Assembly (NCBI GenBank): GCA_964016885.1
Contig: OZ024747.1
Span: 51,708,001 to 51,772,000 of the forward strand
Length of the DNA: 64,000 nucleotides
DNA from: Eledone cirrhosa
Taxonomy: Eukaryota
Reading direction: 5' to 3'
Both the position numbers and the translations under genes were made by a program. The notes beneath the pieces were generated by a model. It worked only from the letters and a program-made list of their open reading frames with translations, had not been told where the DNA came from and searched no databases. Positions 1-15,388 of this stretch are shown piece by piece; positions within the stretch are counted from its first letter, which is position 1; each line of letters starts with the position of its first letter.

Positions 1-117
1 TATGTATGTATATATACATATATATATGAATATATGTGTATGTATATATATATATATATATATATGTAAATATATATATATATATACTCACACACACACA
101 CATATATATATGTATAA

Positions 118-160
<43 letters not shown>

Positions 161-791
161 TGTGATAGACCTATAATGCTAGTAACATATATTTAGAGCA
201 AATTACAGGAGAAATAAATGCAAATAAATGGTAGAGTTGTTTGAATTATTGAAACATCGTTAAAGTAAATCAAATCCTAGATTCCCTTCACTAAGTTCGA
301 TAATTATTTGATAGGTTATAGAATCAATCATCCCTTGCAAGTAAAAGGAAAAATTTACTGTGAAGATACGTGGCCTAATAACTGGTGTGTTCGATTTACG
401 AGCATAAGTTAGTGAATTCGATTTTTTGACCTCACATTGCGTTGTTTTCTTGAGCAAAACGATTCCTTTCAATTTGCCCTCCATGATAGGACTGGGGAAC
501 ATGTTGAAACTCAAGAAACCTTCCATGAGATCTAAATCCTTTCATGTTGCTCTTCATGATAGGACTGGGGATCGAACATGTTGACACTCAAGACACCTTG
601 TATGAGATGCAACCTATTATGAGACCAGCTAAACTCATAAAACAGTGAGTTGTAAATTTTACTCATTTATTCAAAGTGACTCTATATAAAACTTTTTTTA
701 TTTTAAATCGAGAGTAATGTTCACCTCGGGGGGTTAATGATAATAATAATTGTTTCTACTTAATAGCAAAAGATTCAGACCAGCCACAGTA

Positions 792-864
792 TGCCGAAAC
801 CCGGGATTGAATCAGGGATCTTTAGATCTTCAGTCTAACGCTCTCCCAACTGAGCTATTTCGGT
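792..864 (-). tRNA. tRNA-Phe(GAA), probably a pseudogene
   Basis: Reverse complement is ACCGAAATAGCTCAGTTGGGAGAGCGTTAGACTGAAGATCTAAAGATCCCTGATTCAATCCCGGGTTTCGGCA, 73 nt, nearly identical to metazoan tRNA-Phe. It has A1:C72 and A53:C61 mismatches (damaged B box GATTCAATC). A T4 run lies about 20 nt downstream. Confidence 0.85.
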
Positions 865-879
865 TAATGATAATAATAA

Positions 880-1283
880 TGGTTTATGATTTAGGCACAA
901 GGCCAGCAACTTTAGGGGGTGGGGGAGTCGATTAAGGTGACCCAAGTTCCTTACTGGTACTTTATTTTATCGACGCCGTAAGAATGAGATGCTAAACTAC
1001 TCTCGGTGGGATTTGAATTCAGAACGTAAAGGGCCGTGACTCTACGTCATGAAGCAGGATGTCCGATTGGTTGCTGGTTTAGGCACAAGGCTAGCAATTT
1101 TAGGGGAGGGAAAGTCTATTAAATCAACCCTTGTTCGTTGCTGGTACTTTCTTTTATCGACCTCGTAAGGATGAAAGGCAAAGTTAACCTCGGCAGGATT
1201 TGAACTTAGACCATAAAGGGCCGTAACTCTTTGCTGCAAAGCATGGCGTCCTACCCTCTACCGATACTGCCAATCCACCGCCC
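880..1283 (-). mobile_element. Two adjacent copies of the dominant tRNA-derived SINE (880-1043, 1076-1283)
   Basis: Match the family consensus GGGCGGTGGATTGGCAGTATCGGTAGAG...GAGTTCAAATCCCGCCGAGGTTAACTTTGCCTTTCATCCTTACGGGGTCGATAAAATAAAGTACCAG...GGCCTTGTGCC. A/B-box-like head; the central block resembles the Meta domain of MetaSINEs (from recollection). Confidence 0.85.
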
Positions 1284-1843
1284 TTAATAATAATAATGAT
1301 AATAACAATTGCTAATCCGTAAAGAGCCAAGAATTGGGGATGTCTGGTGATGTCTCATTTGATCCCCATGTGCATCTATTTATGAAGGTGAGAGAGCGAA
1401 GGGCTGAGAGATTTCGGGTTGAGCAAATGATGCATACATCATTTTCGTTTTACTTTCGGATTAACACATTCACTTGAAGTAGTAACAGCAGTAAAACAAA
1501 GACAGAAGCAAAAAACAATTGCGACAAAATGTATTTGAAACTAATCTATTAAGATCATTTCAGTTAAACTTTTTATTTATTCATTTATGTAACCTTAGGG
1601 GCCAACACATGACTAGTAATTATTTAGAAATCCCGTAACGAGGTACGCTTCATGTATATATGAATGTGCATGTATGTATATATGTATGTGTGTATGTTTA
1701 TATGTATGTATGTATGTATTTATGTATTTATGTCTATATGTAAGTACGTGTATATGTGTGTATGTATGTATGTATGCATGCATGTGTGTATGTATATCTG
1801 TACATATGTATGTGTGCATTTATGTATATCTATCAATCTTTCT

Positions 1844-1919
<76 letters not shown>

Positions 1920-2103
1920 TGCGTACGTACCACATATGCTCACATGTATATATGTAGATGTATGTATATTTATATATATATATGAATGTGTGTATATATA
2001 TATATACATATATATATATACAACACACATTCATATATATATATAAATATACATACATCTACATATATACATGTGAGCATATGTGAGTACGTACACACAC
2101 ACG

Positions 2104-2203
<100 letters not shown>

Positions 2204-2591
2204 GATATAGATATATATATATAGATATATATACATATGAATAAATGTGTAAGGTGGTAGAAATAATGCCTTTAAAAGAGTCTAATAGGATTGATGGCTG
2301 CCTCATATCTTTTGTTTACCGGGATGGTATCCCTGGGGGCGACTGTCCAGAAATAATGCAATGGTGATAAAAGAAAAATATAAACACAAACACAAATGAA
2401 ATTAGAGAAAATATATATATACTTGATGTCTGGTGTCAAGTGTCAGGATCTTTGATGCAGGAACAAAAATGACCAAATAAGGTGTTTCCTTCCTCCTTCC
2501 ATTTTGTGTAGGGAAACACCTTACACTTCCCACCTTTATCTTTATTTCTTCTCTATCTATCTCCATATATACCTATATTTACTCACACGTA

Positions 2592-2810
<219 letters not shown>

Positions 2811-2860
2811 TGTGTGCTCTGAAATAGCGATATATATATATATGAATGTATATATAGTGG

Positions 2861-3407
<547 letters not shown>

Positions 3408-3409
3408 TG

Positions 3410-3532
<123 letters not shown>

Positions 3533-3582
3533 GCATATAGGCACACAATCACACACACACACATATACTGAACTATCTTCAA

Positions 3583-3628
3583 CAGTACGTCCTCATCAGA
3601 TAAAATAAGATGATGTTTGACATACCTT
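3583..3628 (-). mobile_element. Fragment of the PLE 3' region with the 5' half of its hammerhead
   Basis: CAGTACGTCCTCATCAGATAAAATA...TGACATACC matches 38378-38425. The GAAA half is missing. Confidence 0.65.
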
Positions 3629-4997
3629 GACTAGGTAGATGGTTAAAATTCAGTCATGGCAGTGAATAAGATAGGACAAAACTCAATATTTATATACCTT
3701 AAGATTGAGACATGAAAATATTACATATAATACAGAGGGTGCGTGTGAGAAAGCTTATAAAGATACATAATAATAAACAACTACTAATATAATATAAACC
3801 TACAATATATATATTTTTGAATCATCTAATTATACGCTGTTTATCCACGACAATACAAATCTCCATCCCTATGTTTTATACTATAAAAATTATTTTCTCC
3901 TCCTCTCTCTATCCTTAATCAATTTTCTTTTGCTTTCGCGCATAAGATAATTCTATACTTCTAGTCATTCTCTTTTTCCTCATCTGTTTCTCTCTTTGTC
4001 TTTCACTTCTTCTTTCTTCAATAATTTAAATTATTTAAATTTCTAAACACCGTATAATTAGATGATGCAAATATATATATATAAATATATATTTGGGCAT
4101 AGCTTTGTGAATGAATAGTCTCGAATCGTTAAATTATTTAGAAATAATCAATCAATCAAAATATCAAATATATATCTGGGTGTAGTTATATGACGGTTTA
4201 TTTTCGAATCCTTAAGTTAATTAGAAATAGTCAATTAATCGAATATATATATCCCAGCGCATCCGGATGACCGTTAAATTTCGAATCTTTATGTTAGTTA
4301 GAAATAGTGAATTAATCTAATGGCATAAGATTTCTGACTATAAAATTTATAAGGATTTATATTATAGTATAATATCAAATTTAAAGTATTTGCAAGCATG
4401 AGAAAGAAAAGACTTAAGATGTTCTTCATCCCGAAGGTAATCCAAATTAAATTATATTTATAAAAAATTTTTTTATATTAAAGAAATTTTATATTAAAAA
4501 ATAATCATTATATAATTTAGAAAATAATTACAATTATAAATTTAAAATTAAAATTAGAATGCACTTAAGTATCCAAAGGCCATATAAGTGTACTTAAAAA
4601 GGATATTATTAAACTAGATATACGCATTTGTCTAAATGTATACAAAGAGTACATTGTTTAAAGTTTAAGACGATATTAGTCAGTTATATATAATATAATA
4701 AATATAATTACTGTTAATAGTGTTAAAAATAAAGTTTTACATCAAGTATTATATTAAAAAATTATTCAACTAGGATTCATGTAATACATATGCTATAAAT
4801 ATACAAATCAAACTTTATGAATCATAAAACACAGATTCAAAATAAATAAATGAATGGTTTGCGATCCTATAAGTGTCAAATATATAATCTACATAATTAA
4901 AAATACAAGGAAAATGTTTAAGGATTTATATTATAGTATAATATCATAAGATTTTCATCAACCCGAAGGTAATTCAAATTTAATTATATTATATATA

Positions 4998-5082
<85 letters not shown>

Positions 5083-5134
5083 ATTTGGTTTGTTACTTCT
5101 GTCTCTTTATAGCATACATACATAAGTATATACA

Positions 5135-5181
5135 TTTCCTGATGATTTCCTTCGAATGAAATAGTTGTAGTCCTGTAGAAG
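5135..5181 (+). ncRNA. Type I hammerhead-like motif (family B, copy 1)
   Basis: TTTC-CTGATGA-TTTCCTTCGAAT-GAAA-TAG...CTG-TA-GAAG; homologous to 15102-15156 and 23969-24019. Confidence 0.7.
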
Positions 5182-5217
5182 CCATTATTAATTAGATATT
5201 AGATATATATATATATA

Positions 5218-5253
<36 letters not shown>

Positions 5254-5554
5254 TGTGTGTGTGTGTGTGTAAGTACGTATGTCAATATGTTTGAAAATAA
5301 AAGTGATTGGAGTGAGTAGAAAACTAAAAGTCAAACACACACTCACACACATGAATATATGTATATTTATGTGTGTATGGATATATGCGTGTTTGCGTGT
5401 GTGTATACATATATACATATATGTACTTAAAATCTTGAAATCTCTGATAAATTACCTGGAACTGTATAAATGGCAGCCTGACAGCTATCATCTACTATTG
5501 ATTGGCCTTCTTTCATTTTACCTTTATATATTAAATTCCTCGACGTCGCCACCG

Positions 5555-6175
5555 CACCATCATCATCTTAATCATCCTAACTACCACCACCACCATCATC
5601 ATCATAATCATCACCATCATCACCAAGATCATCACTACAATCATGATCATCACCAACACCACTGCTAACTACCGGCGCCATTATTATCATCCTCATCGTC
5701 CTCGGGCTCGACCTCCTCCTCATGATCATGATCATCATCATGATCATCATCATCATCATCATCATCGTCGTCATTATTATCATCATCATCATCGTCATCA
5801 ACATCTTCATTATAATCAATACCAGCAATTCAAACAACATTACCGACGCCACCACCACCGTCATCATTACCACCATCATCACATTTACAATCATCATCAC
5901 TATCACTAAGACCCTATCATCTTCCCCTCCTCGTCCTCATATTCCTTATATTCCATTTCCACTTCATTATTATCATCATCATAATCACCATCATCACCAA
6001 CATCAGCATCACCTGCATTGCTGCTACTTTTTTTTATCTTTTTCTTTTTTTCTTTTTTTCTTTTTTTCTTTTTTTTCTTTTTTTCTTTTTTTCTTTTTTT
6101 TCTTTTTTTCTTTTTTTCTTTTTTTCTTTTTTTCTTTTTTTCTTTTTTTCTTTTTTTCTTTTTTTCTTTTTTTTC
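5555..6175. repeat. (CAT/CAC)n low-complexity tract followed by a (T7C)n tract
   Basis: Direct inspection. Confidence 0.9.
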
Positions 6176-6329
6176 CTTACCTCTACTCCTTAAATTAATA
6201 TTGTTAATTTAAGATTGAGATTATAACTAATGCTATGGTTATAACCTGCAAACTTACACCACCACCTCTGCATATGCTGTATTATATTCGTTTTCCTTTC
6301 ACAAAGGAATATAACGGCCTTCTCTTTCC

Positions 6330-7030
6330 CCCCAAACTGTTAGCCTTGTGCCTAAATCAGAAACCATTATTATCTGGATTGGCAGTATCGGTAGAGAGTC
6401 GGACGCCATGTTTTCCAGCATGGTTACGTCCCTTTACGATCTGAGTTCAAATCCCGCCGAGGTTAACTTTGCCTTTCATCCTTACGGGGTCGATAAAATA
6501 AAGTACCAGTAATGCACTGGGTAATTGCTGGCCTTGTGCCTAAAGTAGAAACAATTATTATCAGATGAAATAAAGTACCAGTAATGCACTGGGTATTTGC
6601 TGGCCTTGTGCCAAAAGTAGAAACAATTATTATCAGGTGAATTAAGGGCGGTGGTTTGCAGTATCGGTAGAGGGTCGGACGCCATGCTTTGACGCATGGA
6701 GTTACGGCCCTAGCTTTTCTGAGTTCAAATCCCGCCGAGGTTAACTTTGGCTTTCAACCTTACGGGGGTCGATAAAATAAAGTACCAGTAATATACTGGC
6801 TAATTGCTGGCCTTGTACCAATAGTAGAAACAATTATTGTCAGGTGAATTGGCAGTATCGGTAGAGAGTCGGACATGATTTCCAGCATAGTTACGTCCCT
6901 TTACGATCTGAGTTCAAATCCCGCCGAGGTTAACTTTGCCTTTCATCCTTACGGGGTTGATAAAATAAAGTACCAGTAATGCACTGGGTAATTGCTGGCC
7001 TTGTGCCAAAAGTAGAAACAATTATTATCA
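6330..7030 (+). mobile_element. Head-to-tail SINE cluster (three near-full copies plus partial tails)
   Basis: Consensus matches at about 6375-6560, 6646-6838 and 6845-7030; tail-only pieces at 6330-6372 and 6565-6632. Confidence 0.9.
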
Positions 7031-7149
7031 TGAATTTGATATCAAACTCATTGATGTTATTTAACCGGAAACATTGCGCTAATGGACATCAAGCCGCTAC
7101 CCGCAACTTCAGATATTCAGGACGTATGGGGGAGCCCTTGTTATTCCCA

Positions 7150-7800
7150 GGAGGCATGCCTTTTGACGTGTTCCAATAAATGTGGCTGGGCTCGTGGTCT
7201 TTAGCCATCACTAGAGACTCTTCCAGATAGTATCTACTGCTGCTATGACGTTGCGGACGACATGGATCTCATGAGTGTCCGAAATTCTTTTCAGTTCCCA
7301 ATTTAGATCCTGGAACCAGTTAATTTTCTCCCTCTCCTTTTTTTGTCCTCTTGTGTCAAAGGGGTGGGCTACGTGTATGATCAAGCATGATCTAGTTTCC
7401 TTGTTAAAAACCAACAGGTCAGGCCTATTGCGCTGATTCTGTATTTCTTTGTATCCTGAAATTCCTCAATACTTTCACTCGATCGTTTTCTATCAACGAC
7501 TCTGATTTATGTTCATATCACTTCTCAGAGTGGGGAAAATCATTCAGTTTGCATACATATAAGAGGATCACTTTTCTTATGATATCATGCCTCCATCCTT
7601 TATAATAAATCTGGGCTAAGTGTTTACACTCAGATACTATGCGGGCCATTTTCCTCTCTCCACAAATCCTACAGATCGGGCTAGCTTCCTCCTTGACAAT
7701 CTGATGTTTCATCCATTCCGTTCTATGATCTTGCTCCTGTGCAGCAAGTAGCATTCCCTCTGTAACTTTTTAAAAGTCCCCTTTCTTTAATTAGTCCTAT
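7150..7800 (-). pseudogene. C-terminal fragment of an R4/Dong-like non-LTR retrotransposon (zinc knuckle plus restriction-like endonuclease)
   Basis: Translates to LLAAQEQ...CRICGE...IVSECKHLAQIYYKGWRHD, then NRPDLLVFNKETRSCLII.VA.PFD...KEREKI..FQDL..ELKRI. Contains stops and frameshifts. Confidence 0.8.
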
Positions 7801-8350
7801 ACTTTTGCTCTACGGTATTTCTTAGTTTTCAGATCAGTTTGTACAATTATCTCTTGGTTTTGTTAGTAACAACAATAATAGTAATTGCTGTACTATTCGT
7901 CATTCTTACTGACATTATCTTCTAAACATCCTCTATCCTCAATATAAAATGATATGCTCTATGCTCGGTCATATACGTAGTTTCGTATTCCAGAGACTGC
8001 AGTTACTGAAAAATATCAAGTTTTCACATCCCAAAGACTGCAGTAACTGACAAATATGAAATCAATGGTTACTCGATATAATTTTCCAAAGTATACTTGT
8101 AAAATATTTAAAAATATAATAATTTGAATTAACAGAAACATAAGATTATCGCTTTGCTATATTAGTCAACTTTCTTCTTGTTATAAGTTGTTCAAATCCT
8201 GGTAAAGTCAATATTGTCTATGTATATTTCCGAGGTAAATAAAATAAATATTCACTCAAGTACTGGGTTCCATATAGGCTGCTATATACAGCCACAAATG
8301 TGTAGCTTTCTGCCTCTAAGTAATTATTATTATTCAAAGTTAACTTTGGA

Positions 8351-8985
8351 TGGCGGTGGATTGGCAGTATCGGTAGAAGGTCGGACGCCATGCTTTGCAG
8401 CACAGTTACGTCCCTTTATGGTCTGAGTTCAAATCCCGCCGAGGTTAACTTTGCCTTTCATCCTTACGGGGTCGATAAAATAAAGTACCAGTAATACACT
8501 GGAATAATTGCTGGCCTTGTGCCTAAAGTAGAAACAATCATTCAAAGTTAACTTTGCTTTTCATCCTTACGGGGTCGATAAAATAAAGTACCAGTAATGC
8601 ACTGGGTATTTGCTGGCCTTGTGCCAAAAGTAGAAACAATTATTATTCAAAAGGGCAGTGGTTTGGCAGTATCGGTAGAGGATCGGACGCCATGCTTTGC
8701 AGCAAAAAGTTACGGCCCTTTATGGTCTGAGTACAAATCCTGCCGAGGTTAACTTTGCCTTTCATGCTTACAGGGTCGATAAAATAAAGTACCAGTAATG
8801 CACTGGATAATTGCTGGCCTTGTGCCAAAAGTAGAAACAATTATTATTCAAATCTCGCCGAGGTTTGCTTTGCCTTTCATCCTTACAGGGTCGATAAAAT
8901 AAAGTACCAGTAATACACTGAGGTCGATTTAATCGAGTTTCCCCGTCTCCAAAATTGCTGGCCTGGTGCCTATATAAGAAACTAT
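8351..8985 (+). mobile_element. Head-to-tail SINE cluster (two full plus two 5'-truncated copies)
   Basis: Consensus matches at about 8351-8540, 8545-8645, 8652-8847 and 8848-8985. Confidence 0.9.
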
Positions 8986-9077
8986 TACTATTATTATTAT
9001 CATCATCATCATTGAAATTAATATTTTAGTCTAGTCGCTTGGTACCGCTGTTACTTCATCATCATCAACAACAGGAG

Positions 9078-9605
<528 letters not shown>

Positions 9606-9921
9606 TGCATAGTAAAAAGAAATAAAGAGCAGACGCTAGTTAATCAATATGTTGAAACAGTCTAGCCTCATTCAGACATTTTAAAATGTCTGTTGATGGG
9701 TGAGGGTGGTAGTGTTACACGTGTTGGTGGTGTTGGTTGCGCTGTGGTGGTGGTGTGGTAGTGTGGTGTGGGTGTGGTGGTGTGGTGGTGTGGTGTGTGG
9801 GTGTGTGTGTGTGGGGGGGGGTCGTGTGGGGGTGCTGGTGAGGATGGTGACATGTCTGTGTTCTTACTACATTATATACACACACACATATATATGTATG
9901 AATATATGTATATATATATAA

Positions 9922-10014
<93 letters not shown>

Positions 10015-10131
10015 TATATATATATGCATATACATATATATATATAAATAAATATATAGATATATATATATATATGTATGGATATATGTAAATATATAAA
10101 TAAATATATATAAATACATATATGTATATAC

Positions 10132-10210
<79 letters not shown>

Positions 10211-10859
10211 ATATATACTGAACTGCTTTGTTGATGCAATAGGTGAAAGTGTGTGTATGTGTGTGTATGTGAGTGTCTGTGCGTGTATTTGTATGTGTCT
10301 CTTTGTGCGCGTGTGTATGCGTGTGATGGTATTTAGTTCTGGATTATTGGAGGAAATGGTGGGTGTTGGTGTTGCGGGAATGGAAGAATGGTGAGGGGTA
10401 CTGGGAATATTGGGAAAGAAAGGGTCGGTGTTGATGTTAGTAGAGAGGAAGATGGGTGGATGGTAGTGATAGAGGGAGAGTGGCTGGTTGGGTGGCAGGG
10501 ATAGAGGGAGGACGGGTGGTTGGGTGGTAGAGGTAGAGGGAGGCTGGGTGTTTGAGAGTAACAGTAGAAGGTTGTATATGATGGTAGTGATTAATAGAAG
10601 TATGATAAATGTGTTTTCGATATATTTATATTGAAATACAAATAGAAATGTTATTGCGTATATACATTCATGCATTATAGACATACTTAAACATGCATTG
10701 TATATCTATATATATATATATATACATATATATAAATATATATATATATATAAAGGAACGATCGACTTTCGTCAAATCGGACCGAGGGAACAATGTTTCC
10801 GTTGGTCTTTCCAATTGCTAATACTATCTATCGGTCGCAACTCCAGGTAGAAGGAGCAA

Positions 10860-10967
10860 CTTGAAATAAAGTGTCTTGCTCAAGGACATAACGCATCGCC
10901 TGGTCCAGGAATCGAACTCACAATCTTACGATTGCGAATCCAATTCTCTAACCACTCAGCCACACGC

Positions 10968-10968
<1 letters not shown>
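10860..10968 (-). mobile_element. Second tRNA-derived SINE family, 5' part
   Basis: Minus strand has A box TGGCTGAGTGG, B box GAGTTCGATTC, then TGTCCTTGAGCAAGACACTT, a V/CORE-like central block (from recollection). Confidence 0.7.
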
Positions 10969-11031
<63 letters not shown>

Positions 11032-11486
11032 ATATGTGTGTATGTATATATGAGTGTGTGTGTGTCTGTGTGTCTAGGTTTGTATATATATATGTATTTA
11101 TTTATAAGCATATATATATACCTAGTTGAAAATCCGGTAGGTGTAAAACGTGTCCTCGAAGATGTTTAGCTAATACGTTGTTGAAATAACTTTATATATA
11201 TATATGTGTGTGTGTGCGCGTAATATATGTAATATATATCATATCTCATTTTGTTTGACCCGTTTAGCTTGTTCGCTTTTGTGGCTATGGTGGAAAATGG
11301 CTTCTTAACCATCGTCTCAGCGTGTATGACCATGTTAACTTATGTTTATAGCTCTGGTATCTTCTTCATACCCAAGGAGCTCTTGTCTGCACAATATGGA
11401 AGTTGCGTTTCGTTAATTTCTACCCGCCGAAATGCCATTCTCGCTAAATTTATATTTGTATATGTATATATATATATATGTACATA

Positions 11487-11596
<110 letters not shown>

Positions 11597-11626
11597 AACA
11601 AAAGATGGTTAAAAGAGTTCCATGTA

Positions 11627-11693
11627 TTTTATTTTGCGCATTTCAAAAACAAATATCATCATGCAATAATATTTGTGTTTTCATCAGATAAAA
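11627..11693 (-). ncRNA. Degenerate type I hammerhead
   Basis: TTTTAT-CTGATGA-[AAACACAAATAT...ATATTTGTTTTT]-GAAA-TGCGCA-AA-ATAAAA. Palindromic stem III; U16.1 is replaced by A. Confidence 0.7.
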
Positions 11694-11818
11694 CAGGAAG
11701 ACATGATATGAAGGTTAAAAAACACTTGTGGATAGTGCAGTTTTAAATCAACTTACTGTAGAGTGCTTCTTATTCGATATCTGCATTGCTTTATTGTACT
11801 ACAATAAAACTCACCTCC

Positions 11819-12218
<400 letters not shown>

Positions 12219-12562
12219 TATATATTGAGTTAGGTACTCAAAATAGTCTCTTCGAACAAAATACCCCAAAAATAGAGATTTGAACACATATATGTATATA
12301 TCTGTGTTCGTTTTTCTTTTATATATATATATATATACACACACATACACACACACACAGAAATGCATACATATATTCCCCATATATTTCCATCAATGGT
12401 CTATGTTTCTATTCCAGACATCAAGTAGAAACACCAAAGTATTGAGTAATATATGACAGAAAGTTACTGTGATCAAATATCAAATACACAAAGAGTATCA
12501 TATAACTGACTTAAAAAAAATATGGCGGACTGAGCTATACTCCTTCTACAAGACGATGTAAG

Positions 12563-12758
12563 ACGAGTTTTGGCTGAACATTTATAGGCTGCCTATGAAG
12601 GGGTGATGCTAGAGCTGTGAAATCTTGCAGGTATTAATTACATTTCTTATTAATAACAGCATTGTTTCTTTCCAGGGATTAAGTTGAAAAATAAACTTCA
12701 TTCGTTCATTCCATGAGAGTATGTTGGTCAGCATATGAACTTTTTAGCCGACCCCCGT
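12563..12758 (+). mobile_element. Internally deleted mariner derivative (MITE-like)
   Basis: Left part matches 51266-51352 (TGAAGG.GTG.TGCTAGAG.TGTGAAATCTTGC). Right part matches 52415-52488 (AAAATAAAC.TCATT...AGCCGACCC). Confidence 0.7.
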
Positions 12759-13669
12759 GCGATGCATTTGAAGTATCAGTACTAAAAGAAATATTTGTGA
12801 TAATTGGCTGATATATAGAAGAAACCAGTTAGTTCCAAAGTTATTAAAACAAGCAAAATACTGGCCCGAACTGGAAGTTTCCACAGAAATAGTAATATTG
12901 ACAATCTATATATCTGTGTCAACATCCCTTATTTGTTGTATGGTATCACACAGAATGAATCTCTTAAACAAATGCAACGAAAATAAATACATCAACCAAG
13001 TGCTCAAATGGGAATAAAAGAACATTGTACGGGTTAATGGTGGACTCTTCAAGATCTAATCATTTTCCGATAACATTCCACTGCATGGCCTTTGAGGGAA
13101 ATGACATTTACTGTATGCTCGGTTTGACCCATGCCTCATGTGTGAAACCAGACAGGCAAAAAGTACTAAAGACACTTGGCTGTAAAGTACACGTAATTGA
13201 AATGTCTAATCTCTACCAAACACTTAACATGTTTCTACCTGAGAATTATGCGAAAACCCCACGTTTCTGGACATCAATCAAGCACTAACTATTATAACAT
13301 TAATCCTACTCGAGGTTTATGCTAAAAGTCCACTATTTTGGGGAACATTCAGTCACTAGCAAGTTAACTCAAAGTTCAGGTGAATCGAATAATTGAATAT
13401 TCATCGTCAAATCTGACGGAGGCCCATTCCTATTCATCTTTATAGAAGTCCAATGACTGGTAGAGTGACAGTTTATATAAAATATCTTGTTATACTTATT
13501 TATGCCCCTTTAACTCTCAGTCCATGTCCTACTGGAAGCGAGAGTTGGTAAAAGATTCAATCTTTGTGAATCAATAAAATAAATGCCAATCAATCTTAAA
13601 CATATTTCTCCCTAAAATATGTTTGGTCTCGGTAATGTTAGATACCATTGGTTGTATCAACCAGAGTAT

Positions 13670-14200
13670 GTTGACAAGAAATTGTGGACAATACAATAAT
13701 AATTATTTCTACTTAATAGCACAAGACCAGCAATTACTCATGACAGTACTGGTATTTTATTTTATCAACCCCGTAAGGATGAAAGGCAAAGTTAACCATG
13801 GCGGGATTTCAAACAATATTTTAATAAAACAGTTAATAGATTCAGGATGGTCCTGAACATATCAGACGCCAGTCTTTCACCAGATGATAGAAACAAAAGA
13901 AGAATTTATCATGCCGTGGAAAGAGGAGAAAATTTTAATGATGTACAATATATAGGTTCCTATATCTTGTAAATCATTAAAACTGATTAGTACCAATACA
14001 CTTGATAAAAGGTTACATAGAAATGTATGTACACATGAACACACACACACACACAGACACACACACAAACACAAACACACACACACGCACACACATACAC
14101 ACACACACACACAGGCGTCCGATATGTTCAGGATCGTCTTAAATCTATTAACTGTTATACTAAAATATTATTATTGTATTGTCCACAATTTCTGGTTAAC
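13670..14200. repeat. Inverted repeat whose left arm is split by a 5'-truncated SINE (13703-13810, minus)
   Basis: 13670-13702 plus 13815-13870 together equal the reverse complement of 14114-14200. Confidence 0.75.
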
Positions 14201-14246
14201 TTCTCTCTCATATTTATGCATATTTATATACATACATATGTATGTA

Positions 14247-14282
<36 letters not shown>

Positions 14283-14313
14283 AGAACACAAGAGCGTCTC
14301 CAACATCAAAAGA

Positions 14314-14374
14314 TTTTTATTGGCTTACAATGTTTCTTCCTTACGTAACCGTAGGATTCGTCAGAGCTATAAAA
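14314..14374 (-). ncRNA. Type I hammerhead-like motif
   Basis: TTTATAGCT-CTGACGA-ATCCTACG(GTTA)CGTAAGGAA-GAAA-CATTG-TA-AGCCAATAAA. Confidence 0.7.
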
Positions 14375-15053
14375 GGGGTTTGATTGGTGTTATGGACTCT
14401 ACCAACCAAACATTCAAGAACAAAGAGTAAAGAGAGTAAAGAGCAAAAGCAGGGGACGATAAGTCTAATTTTGGTGCGGGAGGGTGGGGTGTGGGTCCTT
14501 GTTTACTAGCTGTGGTCATATTCATTCCCGGGAGTCGAGTGGTTAGTGGAGCCATAGATGGGGTGGCGTCGATAGTAGGGTGCAGAGGGTGTGCAGAGGC
14601 TACACACACACAAAGGGCATACAATATATATATAACGGAGGAGAAAGTACATGAGGTAATTAGAAATGGAATAAGAGTAATAATAATAATCTATAATGAA
14701 TAATGTATAATAAGGCATGGGGAAGATTACACTATAATAATGTATAAAAGTAAGAATAAGGTAAAATATAAAGGAGGATAAGAGTGCAAATAAGAATAAA
14801 GATAAAAAATATATATATAAAAAATATATAGAGAATATATAAAAAAATATATAAGCAAGTATTAGAAGGGAAAAACACAATGTAAAAAAAACGATTTTGT
14901 CAAATAAAAATATTATAAATATGGGGGGGGGGGAGAAAACGGGATAGAGAAATATAATCAAATGTGATTAGTTGAGAGAATATAAGATGATAATAGTTAT
15001 GTCAAGTTTATACATCCTAATAATAAATAATCTGTAGATCAGAGTTACACATC

Positions 15054-15101
<48 letters not shown>

Positions 15102-15102
<1 letters not shown>

Positions 15103-15156
15103 GAGCTTCTACAGGACTAGAACTGTTTCATTTGTGAGAAATCATCAGGAAGCTCT
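15102..15156 (-). ncRNA. Type I hammerhead (family B, copy 2)
   Basis: AGAGCTTC-CTGATGA-TTTCTCACAAAT-GAAA-CAG...CTG-TA-GAAGCTCT. Perfect 8-bp stem I; abuts (TA)n. Confidence 0.85.
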
Positions 15157-15214
15157 ATATTAAAACGTTTATATTCTGCAATGTATTGAGTACTTTACTT
15201 ACTGTCGTTTCCTC

Positions 15215-15248
<34 letters not shown>

Positions 15249-15325
15249 TATATATATATATATATATGTAATAAAAAATATATATATATATATATATATA
15301 TTTCATTACATATATATATATGTAC

Positions 15326-15360
<35 letters not shown>

Positions 15361-15388
15361 TATTATATATATATATATATATAATAAT

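Noticed and set aside
4080-4990. Three ~85-nt degenerate repeats and a direct repeat (4350-4455 / 4919-4990), possibly a PLE remnant
   Set aside because: Too AT-rich and degenerate to assign; no ribozyme core or convincing protein motif.
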